The notes beneath the pieces were generated by a model that saw only the letters and a program-made list of their open reading frames with translations, did not search any database and was not told where the DNA came from. DNA of 64,000 bases from Azolla caroliniana (Eukaryota; Plantae; Polypodiophyta), in assembly GCA_043228905.1 (NCBI GenBank), contig JBHGNT010000012.1, forward strand, positions 19,654,001 to 19,718,000, written 5' to 3'. The position numbers were made by a program, and so were the translations under genes. This document shows positions 12,565 to 26,530 of the stretch, piece after piece (the stretch's first letter is position 1; each line of letters opens with the position of its first letter).

Positions 12565-13515
12565 AGAGAAAATTTTGAAATGGTAGTTTTATGATAGATC
12601 GGGATTCTGGTTGAACATATCATCAAAAGAAAAGTAAGGAGATGAAATTTAAGTGAACAACAAAGAATAGCTCAAATGTTGAGAGTTCCCATTGGAACAA
12701 CTAGATCAAGCATTCAATGCCTACTAAAGGCAACAAAATGGAAAAAATATGAGCCACAAAGCATAAGCAACGCCAATGAAGTGATGAGTAAAATGAATAC
12801 GTCAATAAAAATTTGTCTAACATTGGTCGCCCATCTGAGGATAAGAACAAGTGTATGCCCTAAAGGAAAGAGTAGTGTTGAATGCTATAAAATACATTAT
12901 CTTTTATCAATGGTGCATGGTAGAAGAGAGAGTGTTATTTTTATCCAACAAGAGAGTTCTTGAAGCTATATAATAAGCAAGGGAGCTCATTGTTAACTTC
13001 ACACAAAATTTCGTTATTGAGTGACCGGGCTTTGTTGACAAACATAATCATGGGGTGGCAAATCACAAGGGTGCATGGAAGGCCTGCAATGACCAAGATG
13101 ATGTTTGTCTTCAATTGTAGACTCTCCATTTGGAATCAAGGATATCAACGCAAGCTCTTTAATGTATTAATCCCACTCGTCCTAGGTAAAATGGTTTAAC
13201 TATTGTAAATCTCATTTTGACCTTAATTTTGTTTCCTCCCAAACTTGATGTAATTTGCGATCATTATAACAACCTTTGTGATTTAACCTAAATTCGGGAT
13301 TGCAAAATGATATTGACAAGACGTAGGATTCAAATTCATGCTTCTGATTTATCAGCACTCAATCTTAGGTCTCGTAATTGGACCTAGGGACACCTTTGTC
13401 TCAAATCAGCCCTAGCTAAGATTGATTTATCCTTAGGCAAAGAGAAAGCTCCTTAGAGCCAAGAGGAGTAAATAACTACTCATTGAGACCAAGCTCAACT
13501 GGCAGAAGTCTTTCA

Positions 13516-16500
13516 TGTTGAGAATCAAACTCAACTTCCCTAGTGTGGGAACACACCCTAGTATACTCATGTGTGAACACCCCACCACCTAATATAGTAA
13601 CTAGTGTGTCATAGAACCTTAAAGTTCTATGACACATATTTAGTGTAGTTAAGTCTCCACCACTCTTTAGTAAGTGGTGGTTGTATAGAGAGAAGGTGAC
13701 TACATAAGCACCTCTCTCCTCTTTGTAACAGTTGGTTGATTCTTGTTCTTATTAATACAATTTTTCTTGTTTTCCATAAAACTCTGTTCTCTCTCTCTCT
13801 CTCTCTCTAGACACACACGCGTGCGTGCGAAACACACATATCTCTTCTGCTGCAAAGAATCCTATCTAATTCTTTACATGGTATCAGAGCGCTTGGTAGC
13901 TTGATCCAAGCCCATCGTCTTCGCTAGTGTTGTGTCTCGCCTACGTTCATGAAGAACCGGTCGATTGTTGTAGCAGCAACCTGCACATTTCGAATGAAGA
14001 AGATTCAACATGAATACTCGGATGGGAAGTGGTCTTCCCACCGAGAAACTCAGCAGAAACAACTTTGCATCTTGGGAGTACAAGATGCACCAATACCTTG
14101 TCGGCCAAGGCTATTGGGGTTATATCGAGGGAGCACAAGAAACGCAACCCAACCCAACACATGCCGACTACCTAGCTTGGGAGCACACGACGAGTCGTGC
14201 ATTGTACTGCCTTGCATCATGCATCCATGATCACATGCTCGGCTACATCCAAGAGGCCAAAACGCTAAAGAGGCACGGGGGAATCTCAAAAAGATATTTG
14301 TGGTCAATACGACCACAAGAAAGCTTCAACTTTGTCAAGAGTTGGACAACATACAACAGAGGGACATGTCAATCGGCAACTACATCTTGAAGATCAAGGA
14401 GTTGTGCAACTCTCGTGAGTTGTGCAACGTCAACATCGACATTAATGAAATGGTGCAAATATGCCTCGGTGGATTAGCACCTCGATTCGGCGCAATAAGG
14501 TCAGCCGTCCTTGCAAGGGAAAATCCTCCCTCCTTTTTCGATCTCCAGTCAATGCTACTGGTCAAAGAAAATCATGTTTGGACAAGAAGAAATGTGCATG
14601 AAGGACATATGCTCTATACGAATTTTGATGGAGGAAGAGGACAAGGTCATGGAAGAAGAGGTTGATTCGGCCAAGGCCGACACAACCAAGAACAACCCCG
14701 AGAACTCAACTACTACTACCTTCAAGACATTTCAAATGCGCGAGGCGGAGTGTCTGGCTGAAGGGGGAGCAATCATGCCGGACCCAACCGATAAAACAAT
14801 TCCGTTCAGTGCGGATATTGTGGCAAATTCGGCCACTATGACATAGAGTGTCAGAAGAAGAAGAGCGAGTCAACCTCCACATGCTGACAACTCACCAACT
14901 ACGCCTCAAACTCTAACTACGATGATCGTGGAGAAATGTTCATGATGTGACACAAAGCGAATTCGATGACGGAATTATGCCTGACAAGCACCTCCAACTT
15001 AGAAAATGTATGGTTTTTCGATTTGGGTACATGCAATCACATGACGTCTCATAAAGATTGGTTTCGAGAGTTACGAAAACCCGAACAACCTGGCTATGTG
15101 GAAACTGGGGATGACACGATTCACCCCATTTAGCATGTCAGAAACGTCCCTTTCAACAAAGAAGGGAATCAAACCTACATCAAAAACGTCTTGCATGTTC
15201 CAACTATAACGAAGAATCTAGACTCGGTCAGCTAGATTGTGGAACAAGGCATGCAAGTTTGATTCAATGATAGAGGATGCTTCATCGAAAAGGAAGGCTG
15301 AATTATCGCTCACGGTCGAAGAGAAGGCCGAATGTTCATCCTCGATTCACACAAGATGAAATTGGCAATGTTTGCCAAGGGAAATAAAGCCAACGCCGAC
15401 ATAGAGTTGTGGCACAAAAGAATCAGCCACATCAATCTTCAAAAGCTCAAAGGAATGCAATCGAAAGGAGTCATCATCAGACTCCCGACTTTTACCAAAA
15501 AGGAGATTGCATGCATATGCGAAGCCTGCCAATTCGGTAAACAACATCAACAAACGTTCCTGAAAGAGAGGAACGTGAGCAAAGGGATCCTAGATGTCAT
15601 ACATTTAGATGTATGGGGACCAGCCCAAATCGCTACATTCGGAAGATACTAGTACTATGTGACGTTCATCGACGATTTCTCCAGGCACGCCTAGATCTAC
15701 CCTATGCAGTAGACGAGCAAAGTGTTCGGACACTTCCAAAAATTCAAAAACGAAGTCAAAAAGGCAACCGGTCGACATGTCCAATGCCTTTGATCGGACA
15801 ACGACAAGGAATATTTCTTCGACGCCTTCACAGCATACCTTCAACGAGAAGGAATTCGTCTAGAGTTTACCTGCGGACACACACCTCAACAAAATAGAGT
15901 AGCCGAACAAAAAAACCGGCATATACTTGAGGTGGCAAGGGCAATGATGAACGAGAAACATCTGCCGAAATCATATTGGGTTGAAGCGGCGAACACGACC
16001 GTCTATCTAATGAATTGTTGCACAACATCTGGAGTGCAAAATATTACCCCCCCCCACGAAAAGTTCTATGGAAAGAAGCTGGATCTATCCCACATACGGA
16101 TATTCGGCTCTATCGCATTTGTACACATTCCCGATGAAAAGCGACAAAAGCTCGATCCGAAATTGGAGAAGTGTATCCTTGTGGGGTACTCGCTCGAACA
16201 AAAGGGGTATAAGTGCTTCAACCCCTCTACCCAAAAGGTATGAGTGAGTAGGGATGTCGTATTCGACGAATCGGCATCCTAGTACACGGTCAACTCAGCT
16301 CCATCCAGCCTAATCGAAACTGATTTCGATATAATCAACTCGGATGAAGATGATCAACTAAGGCTCACAACAGAGGAAAGTCCAATCTCAACTAGATTGA
16401 GTGGACCACATGAGCCACCGAGCGACCAAAGCACATTGTGGGCGAGTCCGAAACAAAACAAAAGAAAGGTCAAAATGCCTGACTATGAAGACTCAAATGG

Positions 16501-18682
16501 AAACGAATCGGATCGCTCACCCGACAATGAGTATGGTGGATTGGATGTTCCTAGCATGGGACACCATGTGCACCTCGACGCTCCACCCGAGAAAAGAATG
16601 TAGTCAATCGATTCGGCTACAATGACTACATGGCATATCATTATGCATTCATGATGAAGGTGGCGACAACTCGAGAGCCGAAATTGTTTTCTGAAGCCTC
16701 GAAGGACCACGCGATGGGTCGAAGTGATGAATGAGGAGATGCAAGCACTCTCCCAAAAGGAGACATGGGATCTTGTCCCCTCTTCACCCCATCAAAAGGT
16801 AATTGGATGCCGATGGATATACAATGTGAAGCACAATGTCGACGGCACCGTTAATCAGTATAAGGCCCAGCTTGTGGCAAAAGGGTATGCACAGACACAC
16901 GGGGTCGATTACGAAGAGACCTTTGCCCTAGTGGCAAAGATGATAACCATTTGAACCGTGATCGCGCTTGCAACAGCAAAGGGTTGGCACCTCCACCAAA
17001 TGGACATAAAGAATGTTTTTCTACTAGGCGAGTTAGAAGAGGAGGTGTACATGGTACAACTACCCGGATTTGAGTCGACCACGCATCTGACTGTTGTCTG
17101 CCGACTCAAAAAGCCTCTCTACGGTCTCAAGCAGGCACCGAGATCATGGCATTCGGAGATAACCCAATATCTTCACCAAATCGGCTTTGAAATGTCCAAG
17201 TCCGACAATTCATTGTTCATCCGGAGCGACTCTAGAGGATAGGTATTCATCATAATATATGTGGATGACTTGGTCATTAGAGGAGAGCACTTAGCAAATA
17301 TCAATCATATCAAAAAGCTTCTCTCTAGCCGATTCAAAATGAAAGACATGAAGGAGCTACATTACTTTCTAGGTATAGAAGTAATTAGGACTCCATTCAG
17401 CATCATGATCTCCCAACGACACTATGTTCTGAATCTTCTCTTCAAGTTTGGGATGACAGAGTGTAAGCCCATCGCTACCCCTCTCGATCGAAATCTAAGG
17501 TTAGATGCCGACTGCGGCACAAAAGAGTGTGAGCCAACTTTCGGAAGCCTTTATCTATCCCACCATTACTCGGTCTGACTTCAACTATCCAGTCGGCTTC
17601 CTTAGCCAATTCATGAAAACTCTGTGTGACATTCATCTCGACTATGCTAAGCGAGTGTTACACTATGTGAGTAGGACGATGGATTTCGGCATCCTCTACA
17701 GATCGGCCACACTGATTCGACTCGAAGGGTACACTGATGCCAATTGGGCCAGCTACAAAGCTGACAGACGATGAATATTGGGATTTGTCTTCTCCCTCTA
17801 TAGCGAGGCAATCTCCTAGAGCAACAAAAAGCAACCGACAATCACATTGTTGAGCATAGAAGCCGAATACAGGGGTGCAACCGTCGCCGCATGTGAAGTC
17901 ATTTGGCTAAACCATATATTGAAGGATGTGGGCATTCCCATCAAGGATCCGATTCTTCTCTACTGCGACAACATGAGCAGCATTCACTTGGCCCGCAACC
18001 CAGTATTCCACGCTCAAACTAAGCACATTGAGGCGCACTATCATTTCATCCGAGAACGTGTCCTGGCCGAACACGTCGACCTGCAACACATCAGTACGAA
18101 TATGCAAACGACTGACATCTTCACACAAGGCCCTAGGCGCCGACAAGTTACGGCAGTTCATGGCAACACATCAGTACGAATATGCAAACGACTGACATCC
18201 TGCAACACATCAGTACGAATATGCAAACGACTGACATCTTCACACAAGGCCCTAGGCGCTGACAAGTTACGGCAGTTCATGGCAAACCTCAATCTCTCAT
18301 CACCGACCAACCAAGCTTGAGGGGGAGTATGGATAAGGAGTCGCCCGACGTGACGTCAATCGAAGACCAAACCAAGTGGGTCGGCTATCCAAAACCGAAG
18401 TCGGAGCTGACTCAAAGCCGACCGGAAGTTATGTTTGAGGGGGCGTGTTGAGAATCAAACTCAACTTCCCTAGTGTGTGAACACACCCTTGCATACTCAT
18501 GTGCACCCCACCTCCTAATATAGTAACTAGTGTGTAGTGTAGTTAAGTCTCCACCACTCTTTAGTAAGTGGTGGTTGTATAGAGAGAAGGTGACTACATA
18601 AGCACCCCTCTCCTCCTCTTTGTAACAGTTGGTTGATTCTTGTTCTTATTAATACAGTTTTTCTTGTTTTCCATATAATTAT

Positions 18683-18715
<33 letters not shown>

Positions 18716-18784
18716 ACACACACACACACACACGTAAACACACATATCTCTTCCACTGCATAGAATCCTATCCAATTCTTTACA
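13516..18784 (+). mobile_element. Full-length but inactivated Ty1/copia retrotransposon (family A, copy 2)
   Basis: 5' LTR 13516-13878 and 3' LTR 18446-18784 (TG..CA). TSD TTTCA on both sides. PBS TGGTATCAGAGC (tRNA-iMet) at 13879. PPT GAGGGGGCG before the 3' LTR. gag-PR-INT-RT-RH fragments with many stops. Confidence 0.97.
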
Positions 18785-20879
18785 TTTCAAAACCGATTTA
18801 CTCGAGCGAGACAAAGGGGAGTGGAATTTCGTGTGTAGGGATAAACTCGGGAGATTGAGGAAGCAATGAAGAAGTAATAAGAATCAAGCATCAGGCCCGC
18901 TCCTTATCGATAACCGCCAAATACAAGAGCATTATCCCATGCATAAAGTCCATGTTTACAAGAGATTCCATGTGAATCATGACAATAAACATGGAGTGCC
19001 AACTCATCAACAAAATCCCACAAGCCGTCATCAGCAAAACCATCTTCGTTAGTTGAGGTCCCCATTGTCTACCTCAACATTTCACTTGCACACACGAATT
19101 CTCGCAAGAACAACAAGTTCTTAACCGTCATACATTCACTTTTTGGCACCAATATTTCTTGAGAATGCACACTTGTCAGAGTTTTTTGGGAGCATAACCC
19201 TAGCATGTTGTGGTTTTTCTCGACTTTGTACGAACCTCACATCCTCACATGAGAACCTAGACAAGGGATCTTGGTGCCAACAAAACCTAACAACTTGTCT
19301 TTGCAATAATGAAGCTCCGGATAACATTATATTTATGTATTTTATTTATTCCCCAATTAGCAAGGGGCTGATTTGGAAAAATGGCTCTTGCTTTTACTTT
19401 GCAAAAGTAATGATGTATAATAGATGTACCATATTTACTAGGGCACATTAAACATCCTTGCAACTAAGCTACTATCACATGTTTTATATAACCCCCATCT
19501 CTCCCTTTTATAATGCTAGAAGGTTTACCTCTCTTTCTCCAATGAGGCAAATTGCACTCTCTCATACATTCTAGAGCTAATAATTTTTTAGGCCTCAAGA
19601 GCCTCAACATAAATATTGAAGACATTAATGCAAATTGCAAGAATGAAAGAACAATGAAGCATGAATGTAATATACCTTCAAATCCATGGGAATACATTTT
19701 TAAATCTTTCACGCATTCACATTAAAACCCCATTCACATTGTTTAGGAACATGAACGTAAAATACCTTCAAATCCATGGAAATACATTTTTAAATCATTC
19801 ACGGGTTCACATTGTTTAGGAAAGTTTTGGACATTATAACGTTTTTATGTATCCTCTAGCATTGTCAAATTTAGGGCAATGCATTGTTGGAAAGTTACTA
19901 ACTAATGAGATGAAATGTCAAGATGTCTTTTAAACTCAATTGGTGATGAAGGATTCGAACGAAAGAGGATATAGAGACATTAAAGAAATAAAATAATGAT
20001 GGATTTAGGTATTACTTCGAAGGGGAGAGGGGAGTTATTGGGTCAATAAATGATTAAAATCATTGTCAAGATAGGCTCAATTTTAGATATGTCAAAGGTG
20101 CTAGATAAGGACGATCTAAGGTATAAACTTTATGCTTTTTCTTTATTCAGAGAGCAATACTCCTCATAACCCAAGAGGTGTTAGATACGAATGATCCCCA
20201 CTCTTTACGCTTTTTGTTTATTCTATAAGGGCAATACTAGCCTTGAGAAAAGGACTCAATATACCCAATCTTTTCTTTGCTTTGGTCCTAATGTTGTCTA
20301 CAAGGTTTCAAGCTAGGGAATCATCAAAAATTTTACTAAACTTTATCTAATAAAGTAACTTTAGGAGGGTTATCAAGTAAGGTTCTAAGATAAAGGAACC
20401 TTGAATCTTAAGCCTCCAGAAAATAGCTCGGTATATCCAATCTTTTCTTTACCTTGTTCCTAATGTTATCATCTACTAAGGTTTTAAGGTAGGAGAATCT
20501 TGGAAATTTATACCAAAGTTTATCTAGTAACGTTCCTTTAGGGAGGGTATCAAGTAAGGTTCTAAGATAGGGGACTCCAGAATATTTGTACAATGTTTTA
20601 TCTAATAAGGTTCCTCATAGGTGAGAATATAACATGAGCAAGGTAGCTTGTCCTATTTTCTTTTTATGAACGTATTCTGAAGGATAATTAAATGTTTGAA
20701 AATGCATCTCCAAGTTGCACATTTGGTACAAAATGAATGGGAATTGTTACATTGATGCATAATAGAAAAATGTAAAGGGGGCATGCAATTTTTTGTTGAA
20801 AACACATGTTATAGGCTAGAAATGGAAATAGGAAATTTGCACTAAAAAAGGAACAAATACATCGATACAGTTTCTCTTG

Positions 20880-22460
20880 GATTCGCTACATGTTTGTAGT
20901 TGTAATGCCTAAGAATGAGCAGCTATCTACTAAATTCATTACATATCGTGGGCGAGATCTAATAACGTCTAGGTGTGACATGCTTTTCATTTTCTATTAA
21001 TGTATTAATATATTATTAAAAGATATTTTATTGTGTGGTTATCTACTTGGCATGAATTGAAAGGAAATATTTCAAATTCAATGCATTAGGACTTGTCGTG
21101 ACCTACATCGTTTGAACTACTTTTTGCATCCCATGAGATAAAGAGTGAACGTATGTTACTTGATGTAGCTTCACATAGTCAACAAAGCTTACGGATAAAG
21201 CAAACCCAATTAGAATGCGTCGAGCATCTCTCTTATTCCCATTATTCTGACCATGTTTGTAACTGAGGATCTTAGACTTGGAGTTACTTGTGTTTAAATT
21301 AATACCAATCTAGATGAAGCAAAAGTGAGAGCATCATTTAGTGTCACGAGTTAGTAACAATTTCTTAGTTAAAAGGCTTTTGTGATGTTAAAGACAATGG
21401 CTTTGGATTAAAAGTTGAAAAATACAACCATCGTGGAAACCTGGGAAAGCAATGCATTAATGGGCTTCATTGAATACACATTTGGCGTCACCATAGGACC
21501 ACAAATAATGTGATGTTGTCTTAGCACTTTCCAGTAGTTGTATTAGGTTGATATCATTTTGCATTAAATGAAAGTGCATTTTGATCACTATTTTGTTAGT
21601 GCAATTATTGGGCGGTTTGTTTGCGGAACTTGTGTGTGCATTCCTAAAGGCGTTACAACACCACGTTTCCATCATAAACAATGAAAATTCATTACATCAA
21701 ACACATCCCAACCATAAAGGCAATAGTAACTTACCCCAAGTATAGGACTTAATGAACCACGGCCTTGTTGCAAGCGATGTTGTCAAAAGCAAGAGTCATG
21801 GTGTTGATGATCATGGCCTAATGATTAACTTACAAGTATACTTAACCTCCATTCAACTAAGGGTGTCTTCCTTATAACTATTTCAATTGTCTCAAACGTT
21901 GTTCACACTCATACCAATGTCTAGAGCCCCATATCCTAACACTTGTAATAGGTGGGACATTCCACTCCCTAATATAACATTGGCCTCAATGGCTTGGCCA
22001 ATTAGGTCCAAAGTGCCCATCCCCATATGATATTGGAATTGTCAATTGTAATTTAAAACAAAAATGTAATGAATGCATGATCCATGTATGGAACAATTGA
22101 ATTAGCTAAAGATTTGGACATAGACAACCTTATTAAGCCTTTGTGTGAACAATGTTGTGTGCTTGAATGCTTCTTCCACGTTGCTTGTTCTTCCAATTTG
22201 CTACCAAGGAAATATTTTTCATTCGTTGGTTTTCCCCTTTCCACGCTATGTCCCTTGACAACACATGAAATATTAGAATTTTGTAAGGTATGCATTTTTA
22301 TTTCCCTTGTCATCGGCATAGGCACAAGGTGATTGCTTTTTGGAACGTGCACAAATCAAATGGTTGATATATTAATGCTTGAGAAGGATATGAAGCTATT
22401 TAATTGTCTTCCGGAACATATAGGAATCCTACCATGTGGTCATAATGAATCACACTACAT
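20880..22460 (-). mobile_element. Highly degraded hAT-like DNA transposase remnant
   Basis: Scattered minus-strand motifs resemble hAT/DUF659 transposase (GW..NF, C..VP, CSES-KRNC near the dimerisation domain). No intact ORF. Confidence 0.4.
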
Positions 22461-23339
22461 GTTGAACAATCAAACTCCTCAAAGGGTTTAGATAAGGGCA
22501 ACCTTCACATGTGTTGAGTGTGTTTGATGTTAGCTTCTATCTTGACTATTCTCTAAATTGCCATTTTTCAACCACATAACATGGTCATTCATTGTTTTTC
22601 CTTTCCACACGATGCCCTCTATTTTTGTAAAGAAAGACAACATCTACAAGCTAAGAAGGGACTATTCTTCATCCTCATAATTAACACATATGATATTCGC
22701 TTTTTGTGGAGTGTATACGTACAAGTCGGACATTAGGGGAAAGGATGTAATTATCGTAGTGGTGTTTTGGTAGTACTCGAGTTGGAAGGGCATGCGAATA
22801 ATATTTTGTGTAGGGATTATTTTTGTATAGTTGGTTATCATGGATATAATCTTCATGTCATGTGTTCCAATGCAGATCACTATATTTAGAGTGCATATCA
22901 AACACATATACTGAATGGGTGCCATCTCTCATATTGTGTGTTCAAATGTAGATTGCTTTATATTTGGAGTGCATACCATGAGTGCCATCGTCATGTCATG
23001 TGTTCTAATGCATATATCCAAAATGATGTGATGCGGCCTTTTCCCATTTGAAATGGGGGAAAAAGACACGTAAGAGTCCTATTCTAAATTGGGGGACATC
23101 CAAAGAGGAAACGAGTTGTAGCTTTTGGCTCGATGACAAACGAGTGCGGTTGAATAAGCAAGCAATTTGCGTAGGTTTTTGAGGATGCTCTCAAACACTG
23201 AAGATGAACACAGACAAAAGATTAGAGTAGTTGGGGGGTGGGGTGACAAGAGGAGAGACATGGAGTGGAGTGCAAGCAAAGCCAAGGGTTGTGGTTGGGG
23301 GGCAAGCTATGAAGTTTCCTAGGAAGCACACTTGCATGT

Positions 23340-24160
23340 TCTGGCCCACCACTAATGGGTCACCCGAAATGGGCCCACTATTGGGTTCCCAAAAGAAGGG
23401 GCATATACCTATGCCCAACCACTTATGGGGCTTCCAAATGGGACCATTGGGCTCCTTGATGTATAATGGGCCCACTCGGATCCAACACATCTCCCTGTGG
23501 CCAACACTAATGGGTTCCTTGATGAATGGGCCCATAGGGCTCCGACACATCTCCATGTGGCCAACACTAATGGGTTCCTTGATGAATGGGCCCACTCGGA
23601 TCCAACACATCTCCTTGTGGCCATCCCTAATGAATTGGGCCCCCACTTATGGGCTCTCCAAATGGGCCCATTGGGCTTCAACACATCTCCTTGATGGCCG
23701 CCCCTAATGGGCTTCCTGATTAATTGGGGCCCCACTTATGGGCTCTCCAAATGGGCCCACGGGGCTTCAACACATCTCCTTGATGGCCACCCCTAATAGC
23801 CCCCCCCCCCCCTCCATGAATGGGCCCATTGTGGTCCAACACATCTCCTTGTGGCCACCGTAATGGGCTCCTCCCTGATGAATGGGCCTACTGGGCTCCA
23901 ACACATCTCCTTGTGGCCATCCCTAATGGGCTCCTCCTTGATGAATGGGCCTACTGGGCTCCAACACATCTCCTTGTGGCCATCCCTAATGGGCTCCTCC
24001 TTGATGAATGGGTCTACTGGGCTCCAACACATCTCCTTGTAGCCATCCCTAATGGGCTTCCTGATGAATTGGGGCCCCACTTATGGGCTCTCCAGATGGG
24101 CCCACTGGGCTTCAACACATCTCCTTGATGGCCACCCCTAATGGGGCTGGCCCCCAATGG
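23340..24160. repeat. ~60-63 bp tandem minisatellite rich in TGGGCC/GGCCCA, upstream of the DREB2 gene
   Basis: Unit ccaacacatctccttgtggccatccctaatgggctcctccttgatgaatgggcc is repeated about 12 times. Confidence 0.9.
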
Positions 24161-24389
24161 GTTCTCCTCCCAAAAGAGGAGGCTCCAGGAGGGACATATG
24201 TATAATGTGGGTTTCCCAGGAAGCTTCATGAGGCCTTCAACAAAAAGATACTTTTATGAATGAATAAATATCTTCTTCTTCTGAAGTATCTCTGAGTCCT
24301 TCTTTCTTCTTCTTCTTCTTCTTCTTTCTTCTTTCTTCTTCTTTCTTCTTCCTTCTTCTTCTTTCTTCTTTCTTCTTCCATATCTAGCT

Positions 24390-25997
24390 ATGGCGCCCCG
24401 CAGAACCAGAAGAACCTCGAAGCCCAGGCCCCACGGCTGCTCCTCTGTCGCCGAGATCCTCTGCTGGTGGGAGGATCGCAACAAGAAGCTCCTCCGATCA
24501 GACCAAGGCAACGGCCCTTCTTCTTCTTCTTCTTCTTCGTCTCCTCCTCCTCCCATGGCTATGAACAAGGTGAGGAAACCCCCTGCCAAAGGCTCCAAGA
24601 AAGGGTGCATGAAAGGGAAAGGAGGCCCTGAGAATCCACGATGTAGCTATCGAGGGGTTCGTCAGAGAACCTGGGGTAAATGGGTAGCAGAGATCAGAGA
24701 ACCTAACAGAGGTGATCGGCTATGGCTTGGGACGTTCTCCACCGCTGAAGAAGCGGCCCTCTCTTACGACCAAGCTGCAAGAATCCTCTATGGCTCCTGT
24801 GCGCGTCTTAACCTTCCCCAAATCAGCTCTATCCCTAACCCTAGTAATGGAAGCTTCACGCTCCCTCATCTGTCTGCTATTTCTGGCAGTACTGCAAAGA
24901 CCATGGATATCTCAGACGTGAAGAAGACAAAGAACGAGGAGGCGCAGTTGAACAGTAATAGGATCTTTGTCATCCCTGATCTCGTTGATCATTCTAGAAG
25001 CAAAAGAGGAAAGATGGACACTTCAAACGAGGTCTGTATCAACGGTAATGGGAGCTTCATCATCTCTGATTTCCATAATCCTGCTCAATCGAATAATGGA
25101 GAAACCATGGATATTTCAGACAAAAAAGGCTGTATGAGCAGTGATGGAAGCTTCCTCACCCCTGAAAGTAATGAAAAAGATGTAATGGATTCATCGAACA
25201 ACATGGTCTGCATGAACAGTAATGGAAGCTTCGTCGTCCCTAACCATGATGGAGAAACGGTAACGGATTCATCAAACAGGTTCGGTATGAACAACAATGG
25301 AAGCTTCGTCATCCCTAACTGCAATGGAGAAACAGTAATGGACAACACATCAAGATTGATCATTGGTATTCCGCCAGTTAATCCGTTAATAAAGGAGGAG
25401 AAGACTGATCAGCATGCAGATATGGTTGGAAAGATTGATCAGTATATGGATATGATGGTGACAGTTGAGAAGGTAGAGAAGATTGATGAGTATAACTCCG
25501 ACGATATAGAGAAGCCATGCGCGATCAATATGAAGTATAATGATGATGAAATACAGAATATGGAGGAGTGTATTGATGAGACAGAGAAACTGTATCAGAT
25601 CTATGTGAAGGACAATGATCATGAAACATTCAATCCAAGCTCGACAGCCCGAGATTCTTCTCCTAATCCGTGGGAATGTTCTATTGATGACGAATATAAT
25701 TCTAGCGAGCGATTCATAAATGGGGAGCTTTTAGGTCGCAAGATTCATGATTGGGAGTATTTCGATGCCGATGAGATGTTGAAGCTTCTAGGTGGAGAAG
25801 AATGTGTCATTCGAGCAGAAACTGATGACATGTTGAAGCTTCTAGGTGGAGGAGAATGCATCATTCGTGAAGAAACGGATTCAGAAGAGGTATGTTGGGA
25901 ACTGTTGCTCAGTGCTAAGGATTTGGGTTCGGATATGCTCGGATCAATCAATGTAGACATGGGTGCGGATGAAATGGAAGCATATATCAGGTTCTAA
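24390..25997 (+). CDS. DREB2: DREB2-type (subgroup A-2 / group IV) AP2/ERF transcription factor, intronless
   Basis: 535-aa ORF with [16 protein letters not shown] (DREB2 motif), then an AP2 domain [57 protein letters not shown], and an acidic C-terminus. Confidence 0.93.
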   Translation: MAPRRTRRTSKPRPHGCSSVAEILCWWEDRNKKLLRSDQGNGPSSSSSSSSPPPPMAMNKVRKPPAKGSKKGCMKGKGGPENPRCSYRGVRQRTWGKWVAEIREPNRGDRLWLGTFSTAEEAALSYDQAARILYGSCARLNLPQISSIPNPSNGSFTLPHLSAISGSTAKTMDISDVKKTKNEEAQLNSNRIFVIPDLVDHSRSKRGKMDTSNEVCINGNGSFIISDFHNPAQSNNGETMDISDKKGCMSSDGSFLTPESNEKDVMDSSNNMVCMNSNGSFVVPNHDGETVTDSSNRFGMNNNGSFVIPNCNGETVMDNTSRLIIGIPPVNPLIKEEKTDQHADMVGKIDQYMDMMVTVEKVEKIDEYNSDDIEKPCAINMKYNDDEIQNMEECIDETEKLYQIYVKDNDHETFNPSSTARDSSPNPWECSIDDEYNSSERFINGELLGRKIHDWEYFDADEMLKLLGGEECVIRAETDDMLKLLGGGECIIREETDSEEVCWELLLSAKDLGSDMLGSINVDMGADEMEAYIRF

Positions 25998-25999
25998 CT

Positions 26000-26530
26000 G
26001 TGATCATGGATAATGGATTATTATGTGATGTGCAACAATCATGCCTGGAACAATCTAATACCAGAAAGCAGTTATATAGTCATGATGATGATGATGCACA
26101 AATCTTGTCTCTGTAATTCGTTGAAGGCAGAATGCACAATGGCTACAATCATGATGTAACCTCGATGATAATATGGCTGTGATCATGATGCTATGTCGAC
26201 AGGCTATGATGATAATGCATGCAATTGTCATGATAAAGTCATCGAGCTGATGATGTGGTGGGGTAGGAGGATGTGATCTTTGCATGCTTGCTTCCCAAGC
26301 TCTCTTTCTCGGATACATGGTGATGGTGATGGTGATTCCGATAACATCATGGTCATGGTCATGGTCATTCATGCCCCCAATGACTGATGATATTTGCATC
26401 ATGGTGATGGTCATGATGATGGATGATGGATGATGGGCGATGGTCATGGTGATAGTGATGGTCCTAATGGGTGATGATGATGGGTCATGGTCATTCATGG
26501 CCCCAATGACTGATGTTATTTGCATGATGT
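26000..26530. repeat. ATG/CATGAT-rich low-complexity tract downstream of DREB2
   Basis: Runs of gatgat/catggt, with a duplicated ~45-bp block (ggtcatggtcattcatg..ccccaatgactgatg). Confidence 0.7.
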
